This document shows positions 63,421 through 64,000 of a stretch of 64,000 nucleotides of DNA, one piece after another. The DNA comes from an uncultured Myxococcales bacterium (GTDB lineage: Bacteria > Desulfobacterota > Binatia > UBA1149 > CAITLU01), in contig CAYYZO010000006.1 in NCBI GenBank assembly GCA_964476185.1, forward strand, positions 16,529 to 80,528. The letters are read 5' to 3'. The notes beneath the pieces are model-generated. The model had not been told where the DNA came from and made no database searches. It saw only the letters and a program-made list of their open reading frames with translations. The number at the start of each line of letters is the position of its first letter. Within the stretch, counting starts at the first letter, position 1. The translations under genes were made by a program, and so were the position numbers.

Positions 63421-63626
63421 GGACGGTGACGCTATGCAGCACCGGCGTGACAGGCAACGTGGTGGAACTTGCTTTTCGGGGTTTGGACGTTGAGGATCGA
63501 GTCTCCGTGACCAGTCGGAAGAAACGAACGAGCGCGGCCAGGAGGCCGGCGCAGGGCGGCGGCGTCCCCGCCGCTCCGGCGCGAAGCCGCGGCGTGCCCG
63601 CCACGACGCGCGGTCGCGGCGTGCCC

Positions 63627-64000
63627 ATGTCCCGCCGCTTCGCGGTCGTGCTGGCCGGCGGCGTCGGCTCCCGCTTCTGGCCGTGGAGCCGGGAAGCGAA
63701 GCCGAAGCAGTTGCTGGCCCTGACGTCGGACCGCTCGATGCTCGCGGAAACGGTCGAGCGCCTGCGCGGGATCGTTCCGGAAGGCAACGTGTTCGTCGTG
63801 ACGGGCCGGCGGTATCGCCGCCCGGTGCTCGAGGAATGTCCCGGCCTCGACCCGGCGTGCGTGCTGGGCGAGCCCGTCGGCCGCAACACGGCAGCCGCGA
63901 TCGCGTGGGCGACGCTCGAGGTGCGACGCCGCACGCCCGACGCGGTCATCGCGGTGCTTTCCGCCGACCATCGCATCGACGACACGCGTTCGTTCGGGCG
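63627..64000 (+). CDS. mannose-1-phosphate guanylyltransferase-like sugar nucleotidyltransferase, 5' fragment (continues beyond window)
   Basis: MSRRFAVVLAGGVGSRFWPWSREAKPKQLLAL...GRNTAAAIAWA is the ManC/GMP N-terminus. An in-frame GTG 63507 would add a basic 40-aa extension. Hand-translated; no stop within the window. Confidence 0.7.
   Translation, partial: MSRRFAVVLAGGVGSRFWPWSREAKPKQLLALTSDRSMLAETVERLRGIVPEGNVFVVTGRRYRRPVLEECPGLDPACVLGEPVGRNTAAAIAWATLEVRRRTPDAVIAVLSADHRIDDTRSFG

Overview
This is a 64-kb window from a very high-GC (about 70%) genome. YdbH/YnbE/YdbL, Lnt, SecDF and a SPOR protein indicate a Gram-negative (diderm) organism, and the gene content is reminiscent of Myxococcota or Binatota-like lineages, but taxonomy cannot be fixed from sequence alone. 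I count about 62 protein-coding genes and see no rRNA, tRNA, CRISPR array, transposase or integrase.

The window contains these blocks:

- **1-5.5 kb, lipid or steroid side-chain beta-oxidation-like module.** Two DUF35 proteins, two SCP-x thiolases, an acyl-CoA synthetase and a crotonase.
- **5.6-11.9 kb, six-gene minus-strand operon.** gpmA, a CDP-alcohol phosphatidyltransferase, a LicC/IPCT-family cytidylyltransferase, two paralogous GT4 glycosyltransferases and a membrane-anchored SGNH hydrolase. Every junction overlaps by 4 nt (ATGA/GTGA). No named pathway fits this combination.
- **12.2-13.8 kb and 26.9-29.3 kb, paralogous secreted cysteine-rich proteins.** Both share a conserved C-terminal module of about 350 aa ending in YTPGVGGCP. 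The first carries a two-repeat dockerin-like calcium-binding segment.
- **16-18.5 kb, P450 system.** A CYP125/142-like P450, a 3Fe-4S ferredoxin and a divergent TetR regulator.
- **18.5-21.1 kb, YdbH-like plus YnbE::YdbL fusion.** A large YdbH-like (AsmA-family) protein followed by a lipoprotein in which YnbE is fused to YdbL.
- **21.1-26.8 kb.** lnt, a gamma-carbonic anhydrase, a MaoC hotdog pair, a third SCP-x thiolase and a crotonase.
- **32.5-39.7 kb, neutral-lipid (Kennedy pathway) locus.** A HAD-IB::LPLAT fusion sits divergent from plsB-like GPAT, which is translationally coupled to a WS/DGAT.
- **39.7-45 kb.** A Rieske oxygenase with a TetR regulator, a thioesterase, holA and an ExeA-like AAA+ protein with an acidic linker and SPOR domain.
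- **45-64 kb, housekeeping genes.**
  - Cofactor and DNA-repair genes: polyprenyl synthase, ferredoxin, coaBC, UDG family 4 and nadA.
  - Queuosine and secretion genes: queA-tgt-yajC-secDF and queG.
  - Other tRNA/rRNA-modification and small genes: IscA-like, trmI, rluA-family, two small zinc-ribbon proteins and a manC-like 5' fragment.

Many long Arg/Pro-rich ORFs in the six-frame track are GC-driven frame artefacts. They were ignored and start codons were reassigned on that basis.
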